This document shows positions 48,604-59,914 of a stretch of DNA of 59,914 nt, piece by piece. The notes beneath the pieces were generated by a model that saw only the letters and a program-made list of their open reading frames with translations, was not told the DNA's origin and made no database searches. The position numbers were made by a program, and so were the translations under genes. The stretch's first letter is position 1. Every line of letters begins with the position of its first letter. Source of the stretch: Carcharhinus longimanus (taxonomy: Eukaryota); the NCBI GenBank assembly GCA_030264375.1, contig JASCQW010000168.1, positions 12,963,081-13,022,994 on the forward strand. The letters are read 5' to 3'.

Positions 48604-50399
48604 AAAAAGTGAATATTTTACCATAAGGAGAAAAGAGACGGGCATTAAGCATGAGGAAACAGGAGAGGGATTGAAAGAATAGAACAGGGAAAGAAAGAAA
48701 GTGAAAATAAATATTTTGCAAAGGTTTTTTTTGAGTACACTGAGGAAGACAGGAAGGTGGAGAGAATTGGACAGAGAATGCTGCATATCTTGACGTCTCA
48801 AATGACTAACCACCAATGGTGGAGAGAAGCAACTGAGGATCAAGAAACTCACCATTAGTAGAGTATGCATTATATCTTGGGACGTGGGGAGGATCACAAA
48901 TGTAAATTGAAGCAAGGCCGTATGAAGATTTGAAAATAAAGATCAGAATTTAAAACTGACACACAAGAGCAGGGAGAACTTGTGGGGCTTAGAGAGGAGG
49001 AAAGAAATTGGATGTAAGAACTGGCATTGGTCCAGAAATTCTGCATTCAGTTAGGTACTAGGTATAATTTATCAAAACTACAGAATTCATGCACAAAAGG
49101 ATGTGTGGTCATTTAATTAACAATCAAGGTGAACACATTTTTAGTAATGTTAACTTTGCAATGTGAAGATAGTTGGTGTATTATCTGTAGCCACCAGAGG
49201 GGGCAATGATTCTATAAAACACAAAGCTAATCTTCTGACGCTCAGCAACATCTTTACAAGACAGAGTATCCACCAAAAATCGAGTTTCCAGCACTCACTT
49301 CGAATCACCTCATCCACAGCAAGGGTGCATTTTCCATTTGTCTGACAGCTGCTAAGTGTTTTGAAGAGGTTAGGATTCTTTTGGAGACTGGATGCCACTG
49401 ACAGAACGTAACATCAAAAAAAATCTCCTTGTTTGGAGAATTCCAAACTTTTTTTTGGCTAGTTTAAAGGTGGAACAAGGAGGCAATGGCTATTATCAAC
49501 ATCTCTGCTTTTAAAAAGCTGTTCTCTCTTGCTGTGTGAGTGAAATGAATTTTTAAAAACAGGTCTTTGCACAGTGAATTTGAGAAACTGTCAGCCTAGT
49601 ACATCTAGAGATACACCCCAAGAATGAGGAGGTTAAACACTTATTTCACATGAAAAAGATTTAAAGTTTTAAAGTTTATTCAGTAGTGTCACAGGGAGGC
49701 TTACATTAACATGGCAATGAAGTTACTGTAAAAATCCCCCAGTCGTCACACTCTGGCACCTGTTTGAGAAGTGAGAAATAGCATAAAGCAACCAGGAATG
49801 AAAATAGATTTCAGGCCCGTTTATTAAACTGGAGGAAGATATTAAATTTGGAATTCCTGGAGCAGAGTCATACGTACCAAGTATGTGCATCACAAACCTG
49901 GGTTGCACCTTAAAGTCCAATGTGCATCTTTGGCAGCATCCAGCAGCAATGCAAGACAGAAAGATTTACAAGGATTGTTGGTGTGTGTAAGGGGAATCAG
50001 GAAGATTGCAGCAAGGCTCATTGTGCTGGGCCAGAAAATTTGAAAAGAACAGGGGAGTTAAGACCAAATAAGATCACATAGTCATAATTAGGTAACACCA
50101 TGTTTGGGGTATTAAAATCCTGCAGATTGTGGGGAGGGAGGGAAGACAGGTACGTGCATGCTTTATATTTCTGGTCCTGATTGACAGGCAAACAATCAAG
50201 ATTTTACTGTGTTTTCATGTGGACACTGACAGCTGAGTAACGTGAAGATGAATATATCTTGAGGAATAAGTCACATGAAATTCTTGGTTGCCACAAGTTG
50301 GAAATGGAACTATTAACTCTGTCTTAACATACCATTAATCAGCTTTTAAGGTATTTTGTTTAATAGCAATAAGCCTCTCCAACCCATAAGACCATTATA

Positions 50400-50836
50400 A
50401 AACCATAATTCAAATGAGCAAAATTAGGCTACTCAGCCCATCGAGTTCACTCCACCATTCAATCATGGCTGATATTTTTCTCATCCCTATTCTCCTGCCT
50501 TCTCCCCATAACCCCTGAACTCCTGATTAATCAAGAACCTATCTATCTCTGTCTTAATGATCTAGACTCCACAGCTGCCTGCAGCAGAGTTCCACAAATT
50601 TGCCACTCTCTGACTGAAGAAATTCTTACTCATTTCTGTTTTAAAGGATCATCCCTTCAGCCTGAGGTTGTGCCCTGTGGTTCTGTTTTATCCAACTACT
50701 GGAAACATCCTATCCTCATCTACTCTATCCAGGCCTCATCCTGTAAGTTTCAATAAAATCCCTCCTCATCCTTCCAAACTCCAAAGAGTACAGACCTAGA
50801 GTCCTCAACCATTCCTTATACGACAAGCTCCTCACT
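50400..50836 (-). mobile_element. CR1 3' end
   Basis: ccaccattcaatcatggctgat 3' UTR signature plus the reverse complement of the ORF2 end. Confidence 0.85.
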
Positions 50837-50889
50837 CTATACTGTGGAAGCCATGGAATATGTCAAAATATCCTCAAAACCAGTCTGTA

Positions 50890-51190
50890 CCCATATATAA
50901 TCGCACTGAGCCACACAGACAATGGAAATGCCATCTTTGCTCCTAGGTCTATGCAGGGTAGTGTGATGCTTCAATTGACCTTCAGCTTTGGGTAGGTCGC
51001 ACTCCTGATCTACTGCTGGAAAACAAAATCTGTGGACATCAGCAAAAGGTAGGGTTGGGTTCAGTTCAGTGCTGATGGTTTTCCAAAGCTCACTTGACCT
51101 GTTCATGTTTGCCACCTGGGCTAACATGCAAGCCGTAGTCTCTAGGATAAGATGAAACAAAGGACAGACGTGGATTGTGGAGCCACGGCC
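50890..51190 (+). mobile_element. Ancient SINE of a third family, decayed
   Basis: actgagccacacagac...cactcctgatc..ctgctggaaa..tgtggacatcag; related fragments at 47870-48080 (-) and 56366-56397/57321-57495 (+). Confidence 0.55.
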
Positions 51191-51249
51191 AAGTATAAAT
51201 CATTAGCTTCAGGAGAGAAAATAATTGAGATGATGGAACAAGAAATTGG

Positions 51250-51645
51250 CTCCTCACTAGAGAAGAATGAGAGGAGATCGAGTTGAGAAATGTAAGATTA
51301 TAAAAACTATTAACAAAGTAGACATAGAGCCAATGTTTCCTCTTGTGAGGCAATCTGGAACAAAGGTCATACTTTTAAGGTACATTTAAAACAGAGATGA
51401 GGAGAAATTACTTCTCAAAAGGCTGTGAATCTGTGGAATTCACTACTCCAGAGTATGGTGGATACCAGGACATTTGAGTAAATTTGAGGGGGTGCACAGA
51501 TTTTTAATTCGTAATGGATTAAAGGGTCACAAAGAACAGCAGAAAAGTGGAGTTAACGCTGATACAAGATCAGCCATGATCACATTGAATGGTGGAGCAG
51601 GCTCAAGGGGCTGAATTGCCCACTCGTGCCCCTAGTTCTTATGTA
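51250..51645 (+). mobile_element. CR1 3' end
   Basis: gaatctgtggaattcactactccagag...agatcagccatgatcacattgaatggtggagcaggc...ttcttatgt. Confidence 0.85.
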
Positions 51646-52884
51646 AATCCCTCCATAAATGGTCAAAATCTTAAAATGAATCACAACTTTGAGCCTCAGC
51701 ATCTTACACTATAGTCAACTCAGGGAGTATTTTCCCAGCTTACTTTTAAATACACCTTGGCCTATGTATCCAAAGCACGAGCCAAATAAGCACTCGTCTG
51801 TAAAGAATTCGACTTTAATTTGACCTGCAGTCACCAACATTACCTGTAAGGGATTAGACAAGACAACTAATCAAGACACACGCTGAGGTACAACTTTCAA
51901 AGAATACTGATGCGATCAACTTTCACAGCTGTGAACCACTGAAACAGGTTGTTGGGTTCGAATAGAAGGAGGTTGTAATCTTTAATGCAGTGCTTATCAG
52001 CATGTTCCAAGGTGTAAGGCATCGCGTTGATTAAATTCGGACACACTGTGAAATCCATTCCGTCAGGTTCAGCAGTGATATGGGGTGGTTCTCTTCAAGC
52101 AGTACCACAACCCCATACTGAGACAAAAATATCAGGACACAATGCAAGCAAAGCTCCAATGTCCCCGAGCACAGTCGCAAACATCACCATGCCCTTTTCT
52201 CTCATTTCTCAAGTGCTCCCCTTGTAATTTATGACTCATTATCACGTTTGCCCATTCAGATGAAATAGAAAAGATCCCTGGGTACTATTCAAAACATAAC
52301 AGGCTGAATGGCCTCTTTTCATAGGTTTCTATGGTTCCGTTCATATCAAGAAAAATGGTCACACAGTCAAGGATGCACTTCTGCCATGTTGCGTTAATTC
52401 AATATTATAACAAAGCAGCTCTTCCTTGTGGCTTTTCCCTGCCTGGTCGATGCTCTGTAACTAAAAAGCTGGAAAATAACATTAGTAAGACATTTCATTT
52501 CATTGAGGAGGCTTCAGGCTAGTCCACGTCCAACAACCTGCTCTGAAAATTCTACTCACATTTTGACAGCTGTGAAAAAATCAGTTGAGACAACCATAAA
52601 ACAATCAACAACACTCTAAATGAAACAATCCACAAAATTCCAACACAAGTCAATTTATGCAATCTCCCATTGTTAACAGATCCCTCTTGTTTTTTTTTAA
52701 ATTCAGGATCGGGATCTACATCTTAGCCAAAAACTGATAAAGTTCTTCCTTCAATCACACCCCATCTGCGTACCAAATGTTGCTGAAATCTGCCCATTGG
52801 GTTTTGGGATGTACTGTTGACAGACAACCAGGCTAACAGCGTTGGAAACAGGACCTCTGCCTGCCTTCAGTGCTAGTGATTAAA

Positions 52885-53125
52885 ATTAAGAGCAGGGAGT
52901 TCTCTCAATGCCCTATCCAGCATTCTTACCACAAATAACAGCACAAAGAATGGGTAATCTGACCATTCCCTCATTTTTCTGTTTGAAACATTGTTGGCAG
53001 CATGCAAATTCATGACCACATTTGCCCACAAAACAACATGACCACACTTCCATTGACTGCAAAATGTTTTGGACATCCTGAGACCTGAGTGCTTGCTTCT
53101 TATATAAAATTCAAGTTCTTTCCTG
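52885..53125 (+). mobile_element. DeuSINE-like 3' half
   Basis: gagcagggagttctctc...gcatgcaaatt...ttttggacatcctgag...atataaaattcaagttctttc. Confidence 0.6.
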
Positions 53126-53315
53126 CTTCGTTACACGTGAATTATATCAAGAAATTAATGAAAAATCTGTTCATGTACACACTGGAAAACTAACCACATT
53201 ACACTGTCACATAAATGACCATTTAGGTTTCCTCATGTAGTATTTTCCTCATTCTCAGACAATTTATTCGAATGACTGCTTTCGTTCTTCTACACCGCCG
53301 CCGCCACTCCCCCCC

Positions 53316-53316
<1 letters not shown>

Positions 53317-53382
<66 letters not shown>
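53317..53382. repeat. (AC)33 microsatellite
   Basis: Direct read. Confidence 0.97.
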
Positions 53383-53385
<3 letters not shown>

Positions 53386-54639
53386 GCTCTCTGCAGTAAA
53401 TTGATGTTTTCTAAGTGAGCCAGAAATTCTGCCCATCTCTATCTTATGGGTGGAAATCTCAACGCGCACAAATCCCTTGAAGAGACAGAATAATCTGTGG
53501 AGAGAAGAGAGAGGCATGCCAATGTGTATTAAAGAGCTCTCCACAGTCACCACAAGCCCTCTGTGCATGCAGATAATTAGAAATTATTTAATGAGACTTG
53601 ATGCCTTTCCCCCAGGATTACAATGTACTTGGGATGCCTCAAGACTGGAGACAGAAAGGAGTCAGTTGGCTCTTAAGTGAGTTTCATCTACAAATGTGAA
53701 ATTACTAAATGCCAGCATATGGTCTAAGAGATGTGACACATTGCTGAACAAATTCCACCCATATAAAGGCAAATTCAGCTTCTTAAGCATCAACAACAAC
53801 CTGCATTTATATAGAATCTTTAATGTAGTAAAAAGTCACAATATGGTTTGCAGGAGCATTATCAGACAAAATTTGACACCAAACCACACAGAGGTATTAG
53901 GATAGGTAACTAAAAAGCTTGGTCAAAGCGGCAGGTTTTAAAAATCGACTTGAAGGAGAGTCATATAGAGACAGAGGGAATTCCAGAGCTCAGGTAAGAC
54001 ACAACTTCCAATGGTGGAATGATGAAAATTGGGGATCTGCAAAAAGACAGAACTGGAAGAAAGCATAGATCCTGAAGGACTGGAGGAGACAGTGATAGGG
54101 AAAGTGAGGCCACAGAGATACAGAAACACAAGGTTGAAAATGTTAAAATTGTGGCAATTCCAGATTGTAATATTATTATGGACGAATGAATTGTATTATA
54201 ACAGTGAGGAATTTGATTCTAATATGATAACATTACTGACAGTCATTTTCGAATTATGGTGCAGCGCAACAACTGGGATGAAGCTGAGTGAACCAGCAGT
54301 TGTAACATTGCCAATCACTATGGATCAATTGTTTAGGCTGGATTAAAAAAAGAGGGTTTCTGCTGGTTTTCATTCTTAATTAATACCGAGAGCAAATACA
54401 AATGGCCACAGGAAACCCTTCATCTCGTATTTGCGAAGAGAATTTGATAAGGTGCCAGAACCCAACAATCGCTATATTTCAGCCTAACCATGAACTAAGC
54501 CGAACGCTGCAAGCTTCCCAAGAACACTCCATCTTTTCAGTGCAGATGTGCAGCAGTAAGATCCTGAGATTTTTTAATCCACCCTTCACTCCACAACACA
54601 TCAGATACCATTAAGTGTTCGCTGATCCACAGACCACCT

Positions 54640-55060
54640 TACATAGGGTATCACAAAGTACATGCAGCACAGAAACAAATTATTTGGCCCAACTGGTTCA
54701 CGTTTATTTTCCACACAAACATTCAACGCCTTTTCATCCAACCCCAACAACGCATTTTTCATTCCTTCTTCCCTCATGAGCTTATCCAGCTGCCCCTTGA
54801 ATGCATCTTTACTGTTCACATCAAATACTCTTTGTGGTAGCAATTTCAACATTATAATCAGTTTCTGGGTAAGTAAGGTTTTTCTGAATTCCCTACTGGA
54901 TTTATTAGATACCACTGTATATTTATGTCTTGCCTGCAAATGGAAATATTTTCCTTATATCAATCCTATTAAACTTTTCCAAAATCTTGAAGACTTCCAT
55001 CAGGACACCCCTCAGTTTTCTTCCTGGAATAAAAAGTCCTAGCTAACTGTTCAATCATTC
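54640..55060 (-). mobile_element. Old CR1 3' end
   Basis: NKSSREFRKTLLTQKL...LLPQRVFDVNSKDAFKGQLDKLM. Confidence 0.75.
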
Positions 55061-55614
55061 CTGTTGAGTTCTGTAAAAGGGACATTTAGATTTGAGTTTA
55101 TCCGGTGTATTTCAGTTTTATTCCAGATTTCCAGCATTCACAGTATTTTGCTTTTATTCCTAACTGGTATTGTGTTGCGTTACATAATGCTCTGGAAATG
55201 GCACAATGTGCAAATTGTATACTAGGTAGATTGTACGAATAAAACAGCTGCAAAGCAACAAGCGAAGCTGCCCTGATGACTTGTATGGTAAAGTTGACAT
55301 CCAGCAGAGCAACATCAACCAGCAAATACTGGGTTCAAATTTCTTGTTCACAATTAGCTATGGCAAACTAGAAGGTGGTATTAATTTTCTTATATGACAC
55401 TGGGAGCTGAACTGAATAACAGACCATGCCATAGGCAAGCAGCTGCTCCAGATCAAACAATGGAAAGTTTTTGTCTTCTGTAACAGCTGTAAGCCTTGCC
55501 TCAAATTTCCTTATGCTTTTAGCTCTACGTCACTTAGCAGTCTTTGCTCTGCTCCACCCATTGACAAACATTGCATGATCACGTTAAACATGTTTGTGAT
55601 TACTATTATAATTA

Positions 55615-56040
55615 CTTATTTTTAATTTATTCATTCACAGGATATAAGCTTGGCTGGCAAGGCCAACATTTAATGCCCACTGCCAATTACCCTTGAAGAG
55701 GTGGTATGTCACCTTATTGAATGACTGCAACCAGTTCTTATGGTTTTGATAAAACTGAGTAAATTAATAGGCTGTTTCAGACGGCAGTTAAGTATAAAGT
55801 ATATTGCTGGGGATCTGGAGTCACATACAGAGCAGGCCAGGTAAGAACAGATTTCCCTCCCTAAAGGCCATTAGTGAACCAGATAGGTTTTGATGAAAAT
55901 CCAAGACTTTCATTGTCATTATTTTGGCTACTAACATCGTATTCCAAATTTAAATAATTAAATTTAAATTCCTCAATCACATGATTTTAACTTAAGCCTC
56001 CAGATTAGTTCAGCAAAATAACCACCATGTTACAATACTA
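55615..56040 (-). mobile_element. tRNA-derived SINE (same family as 30340-30735)
   Basis: Shared core gatctggagtcacata..gcaggccaggtaag..cagatttccctccctaaaggccattagtgaaccaga. Confidence 0.65.
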
Positions 56041-56045
56041 TACTA

Positions 56046-56364
56046 GGACAGCACAATGATACAGTGGCTAGCACTGCAGCCTCACAACACCAGGGACTGG
56101 GTTCGATTCCCAGCTTGGTCATTGTCCGTGCAGAGTCTGCATGTTCTCCCCATGTCTGCGCGGGTTTCCTTCGCGAGTTCCGGTTTCCTTCGGGAGTTCC
56201 GGTTTCCTCCCGCAGTCTGAAAGATGTGCTGTTTAGGTGCATTGGCGATGCCAAATTCTCCCTCAGTGTACCTGAACAGGCGGAGTGTGGCGACTAGGGG
56301 ATTTTCATAGTAACTTTCTTGCAGTATTAATGTAAGTCTACTTATGACACTAATAAATAAACTT
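56046..56364 (+). mobile_element. HE1-type V-SINE variant (Rex1-like tail) with internal 19-bp unit expansion
   Basis: HE1 head; c(g/c)ggtttccttcg(c/g)gagtt repeated at 56161-56210; gacactaataaataaactt tail. Confidence 0.9.
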
Positions 56365-56397
56365 AAATCCTGATTCTGAGCACTATCCACTGACCTC

Positions 56398-57320
56398 AAA
56401 GACTGATCAGTAAGTTTACAGATTATACGAAAATTGATAGAGTGGTAAATAGTGAGGACGACAGCTTTAGATTACAGAAAGATATAGACAGACTGGTTAG
56501 ATGGCTTATTAATGGCAAATGGAATTCAATCCGGATACATGTGAGGTGATGCACTTGGGCAGGACAAACAAGGCAAGGGAATACATGATGAATGGCAGAA
56601 CCCTGGGAAGCACAGAGGATCACAGGGATCTTGGTGAGCACTTACATTGGTCCCTTAAAATAGCAGGACAGGTGGATAAAGTTATTAAGGCATATGGTTT
56701 ACTTGCCTTTATTAACCTAGGCATAGAGCTTAACAGCAGGGAGGTTACGTAGGATGTATATAAAATGTTGTTTAGGCTATGGCTATATTGTGTGCAGTTC
56801 TGGAATCCATACTATAGGAGGGACATGATAGCACTGGATAGGATGCACACATAATTTACCAGGATCTTGCCTGGGCTGGAGAGTTTTAGTTATGAAATGA
56901 GATTGGATAGAGTGGGGTTCCTTTCTTTGGAGCTGAAGAAACTGAGGGAGGACATGAGAAAGATAAAATTATGAGGGGTATAGATAGAATAGACAGAAAG
57001 AGACATTTCCCGTTGGTGGAGGATCAATGACTCAGGACATAAATTTAAGGTAAAGCGCAGGAGGCTTTGAGGGGATGCCAGGAAAATCCTTTTCACCCAA
57101 AGTGGGAATTGTGGGAGTCCACAACTCACTGCCTGAAAGGGTGGTGGAGGCAGAGACCTTCTTAACATTTAAGAGGTATTTAAATGTGCACTTGTGATAC
57201 CAAGCCATACAAGGCTATGGGCCAAGTGCTGGAAAAGGGGTTAGGATAGTTAGGTGGTTTGTCTTTGACTGGTGCAGATACAATGAGCCAAATGGCCTTT
57301 TCCTGTGCTGTATACCTCTA
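56398..57320 (+). mobile_element. CR1/HER1 3' portion (about 920 bp) inserted into an old SINE
   Basis: WQMEFNPDTCEVMHLGRTNKAREYMMNGRTLGSTEDHRDLG; flanked by tgacctc at 56391-56397 and 57321-57327. Confidence 0.92.
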
Positions 57321-58789
57321 TGACCTCTGCTGAGTAATGGACATGTATACACTGGATGAGATCAGGCTCGGGTCACCTCCTCACAGCTTAGCAGTGCTCA
57401 GCAATGAGATTGGTAAATGAAATAAAATGTGCTTGGGCAAAGTACATGTAAAATAATAGCACGTCACAAACTAGCACCTTCAAAGAGAGGGGGAGAGGAG
57501 AAGAGGAAGCAAACTGACAAAATCCGATGAAAAGAAATCACTGAAGATTGCAAAACAACTGGATCAAAAGCAAGTTAAGCCCAGGATGGTTGGAATGCTG
57601 CCAACATTATGTAGCTCAATCAGTTTAATACATCAACAGGCACTTCTTACATCAGACATTCCAGGTCACTGATAATAATGCTTGAATGTCTTGACATTTG
57701 CCAATAGGCAGGCAAAGAGCTTTCACAACAAACTGGAATTGCACTACATTGAAAAAGGTCTAAAACTGCGCACAAGAAACAGCAGTAAGGACACTGCAGA
57801 GTTAGTATCATTTAATGCTTAAGTGCTGTTCTGGGAGGTGACACCTGATGATGTAAAAAGGAGCTTCACAAGTACATTATTTAGTTTCTCATCTAACGGA
57901 GAAATGTAAAACAGGCACTGCTGCACTTCTCAGACACAGCAATGTGTCAGCAAGCTGAAAGACCATGCTAAGAATATAAATAATACCAAGCAAAACTCCA
58001 AGGCAGCAATAAGACACAGCAAGAGTGGGACAAGCTGTTCTTCACACCAATGAAATACCTGCAATCACAGTGCTGAGCTGATTCAAGTGGCAATGTGTTG
58101 GCTTTTCTACCTTGAGTAACAGCTCTGTTGCCAGGGATACGTCAACCCCAGTAACGGATCCATTCCCACCCCAGGAAACTTAACCCACTAACAATGACAA
58201 ATCCTTCCCAGCAAGTAAATCTCCCTCTAAAAATAAACTCTTTTAATATATTTCACCCAAAGCCAAGGAAATATATTAGCCCTTAAGGAATGTCTTAATA
58301 AGCTGTCAAAATGTCCCAAAGCATTTCTCATAATGAATTTCTTAATGCAGTAAAGACAAACCTTAGATCCACCATTAACCCAGGAAGACTTTATTCTGAA
58401 ATAAAATCACAAGGGAGATGTGTTATTTTGCAACATTGCTCTGAACACCTGTGTATAGCACAGTGCTGGCCCTGAAGCTCACAAATGCAGGGTTTGAATT
58501 ACTTCATATCAACAAGCAGACGCTGTTACTCTTCACGGACTGGTGTTTCTCAGGGAATGTTTCATGAAGAATCACTTTGGAGACTGAGTAATAAACGCAT
58601 CCAATAAAAACACCTCCGACGGATGGCAACAGAGCAACAATCACTGAATCCAAAATTGTTGGCACACTCTACACATGTAGTAGCATGGACGTCATGTGTT
58701 GTGTGAAAATAGACCTTGGAGAGAATCCTATTCAGGTTTACAGTTCTCTTGTGAAATTTTGGAAGACGACAGCCATTGTTTTTGGCCCC

Positions 58790-59420
58790 TGCCACAAACT
58801 CAATTCTCTAACCACAGACTCTATCCCTCTTCCTGGCAACTAATCTGCAGCTGAGAGGTTGTTCACAACCTTGGTATCAGATTTGATCCTGAGATCAGCT
58901 TCCAACCACTTACTCACGCCATCACGAAGACCATCATTTCCACTTCTGGAATATCACCAGAGTCTGTCCCTGCTTCAGCTTGTCTTGTCCATGCCTTTAT
59001 TACCAATAGATGGCTGTTCCAATGCACTCCTTGACAGCTTCCCATATTGTAACCTATTTAATTTTAGGACATCCTAAAAAGGCCAGGCAGCCTTTATGGT
59101 TTAGGTGCAACCTCGATCTATGGATGAAATGTCCTCACTGAAGCCATATCTGAACTCCCATTGTTCCATTTCCCCTCTTGCTCTTGGCCAAACAATCCCT
59201 TGATTTTAAACTTCTTGTTCTAAAATCTTCCTTGTATCCTTTCCCATCTCTGTAATCTCCTCCGGCTCGGTAACCTTCTGAGAGATCTGCATTCCTCCAA
59301 ATCTGGTCTCTTGAGCATCCACCATTGGTGCCTATGCCCTCATTGCTAAGGCACTAATCTCTGGAATTTCCTCCATAAATCTTTTCACTTCTTTAACTCT
59401 TTCCTTAAGATGCCCTCAAA
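58790..59420 (+). mobile_element. L2 LINE 3' region
   Basis: VHNLGIRFDPEISFQPLTHAITKT..FHFWNITRVCPCFS matches the L2 RT C-terminal motif; ends ttccttaagatgccctcaaa. Confidence 0.8.
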
Positions 59421-59568
59421 CTAGCAGGGGGAGACTCATTGTCAAGGTGCTGCTAAGTACTTGTCATAAGATTAGTGCAACCTGATTTGGTGAAACTGGG
59501 TTGAATGGCAGAATACAAATAGGCTACTCCCCTCTGTATGCAAAGGTGAAATATACTGCACTCCCTTA

Positions 59569-59780
59569 GGCCAGAATTTTACATTGTTCGAGTAGGTGCA
59601 CACCAGACCTAAAAGCGCATGAAGTCTTGTGAGAAGATGCCAGGAGTGCGTTCCGATTCTTCATGCACTCACAGAATATTTCAGTCAGCAGGTACATGAG
59701 AGTGTGGGAAATACGTTTGCTGATATTCAAGCACACAATTTAACTTTTAAAGGACCAACAGAGCTATTTTAAAATTTTAA
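59569..59780. mobile_element. Harbinger-like MITE left portion
   Basis: tta|ggccagaattttac terminus. Confidence 0.4.
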
Positions 59781-59788
59781 GTTGATAT

Positions 59789-59914
59789 ATTAGTGTCACA
59801 AGTAGGCTTACGTTATCACTGCAATGGAGTTACTGTGAAAATCCCCTGGTCGCCACACTCAGGCACCTGTTCGGGTACACTGAGGGAGAATTTAGCACGG
59901 CCAAGCCACCTAAC
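59789..59914 (-). mobile_element. HE1-variant SINE 3' part (continues beyond the window)
   Basis: attagtgtcacaagtaggcttac...ctgagggagaatttagcacggccaa. Confidence 0.88.

Larger units (their letters stand above)
22622..59914 (-). other. KCNMA1: KCNMA1 intron upstream of the S1 exon (phase 0), partial
   Basis: AG acceptor at 22623-22622 with a polypyrimidine tract. The preceding exon (...[26 protein letters not shown]) was not found in the window. Confidence 0.85.

Noticed and set aside
50837-51160. 107-aa minus-strand ORF that looked exon-like
   Set aside because: Overlaps, antisense, a decayed SINE with relatives elsewhere in the window; no KCNMA1 similarity.
53290-53568. ORF with a (VC)n run
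   Set aside because: Translation of the (AC)33 microsatellite.
58562-58795. Cys/His-rich 77-aa ORF
   Set aside because: No recognisable domain spacing or splice sites; length expected by chance.
1-59914. CRISPR arrays, operons, rRNA or other prokaryotic systems
   Set aside because: The sequence is vertebrate intronic DNA; no regularly spaced repeat-spacer array or gene-dense region was seen.

Overview
AT-rich vertebrate genomic DNA with 10 assembly gaps, almost certainly from a shark or other elasmobranch; this is inferred from abundant HE1-type V-SINEs, HER1/CR1 LINEs and DeuSINE-like elements. The window lies inside the large KCNMA1 (Slo1/BK calcium-activated K+ channel alpha subunit) gene on the minus strand. 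Only one confidently recognisable coding exon is present: 22560-22621, 62 nt, [20 protein letters not shown](D), which is transmembrane segment S1, the usual exon 3. Everything to its right is the phase-0 upstream intron and everything to its left is the phase-2 downstream intron. Much of the rest is decayed transposons: CR1/HER1, L2, Rex1, RTE, a Penelope-like element with inverted arms, an internally deleted Gypsy, solo-LTR-like elements, Harbinger-like MITEs and several SINE families. The best leads are: (i) a 9-nt in-frame microexon candidate with RBFOX motifs that would lengthen the BK S1-S2 linker; (ii) a closely spaced pair of small exon candidates (one with a premature stop, one in frame) at 2039-2155; (iii) a Penelope GIY-YIG remnant with decayed hammerhead-ribozyme cores; (iv) a V-SINE subfamily whose tail resembles Rex1 rather than CR1; (v) an 80-bp locally templated insertion; and (vi) an unexplained 145-codon open frame. 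None is proven to be a new system. Repeat boundaries are approximate and were read by eye.
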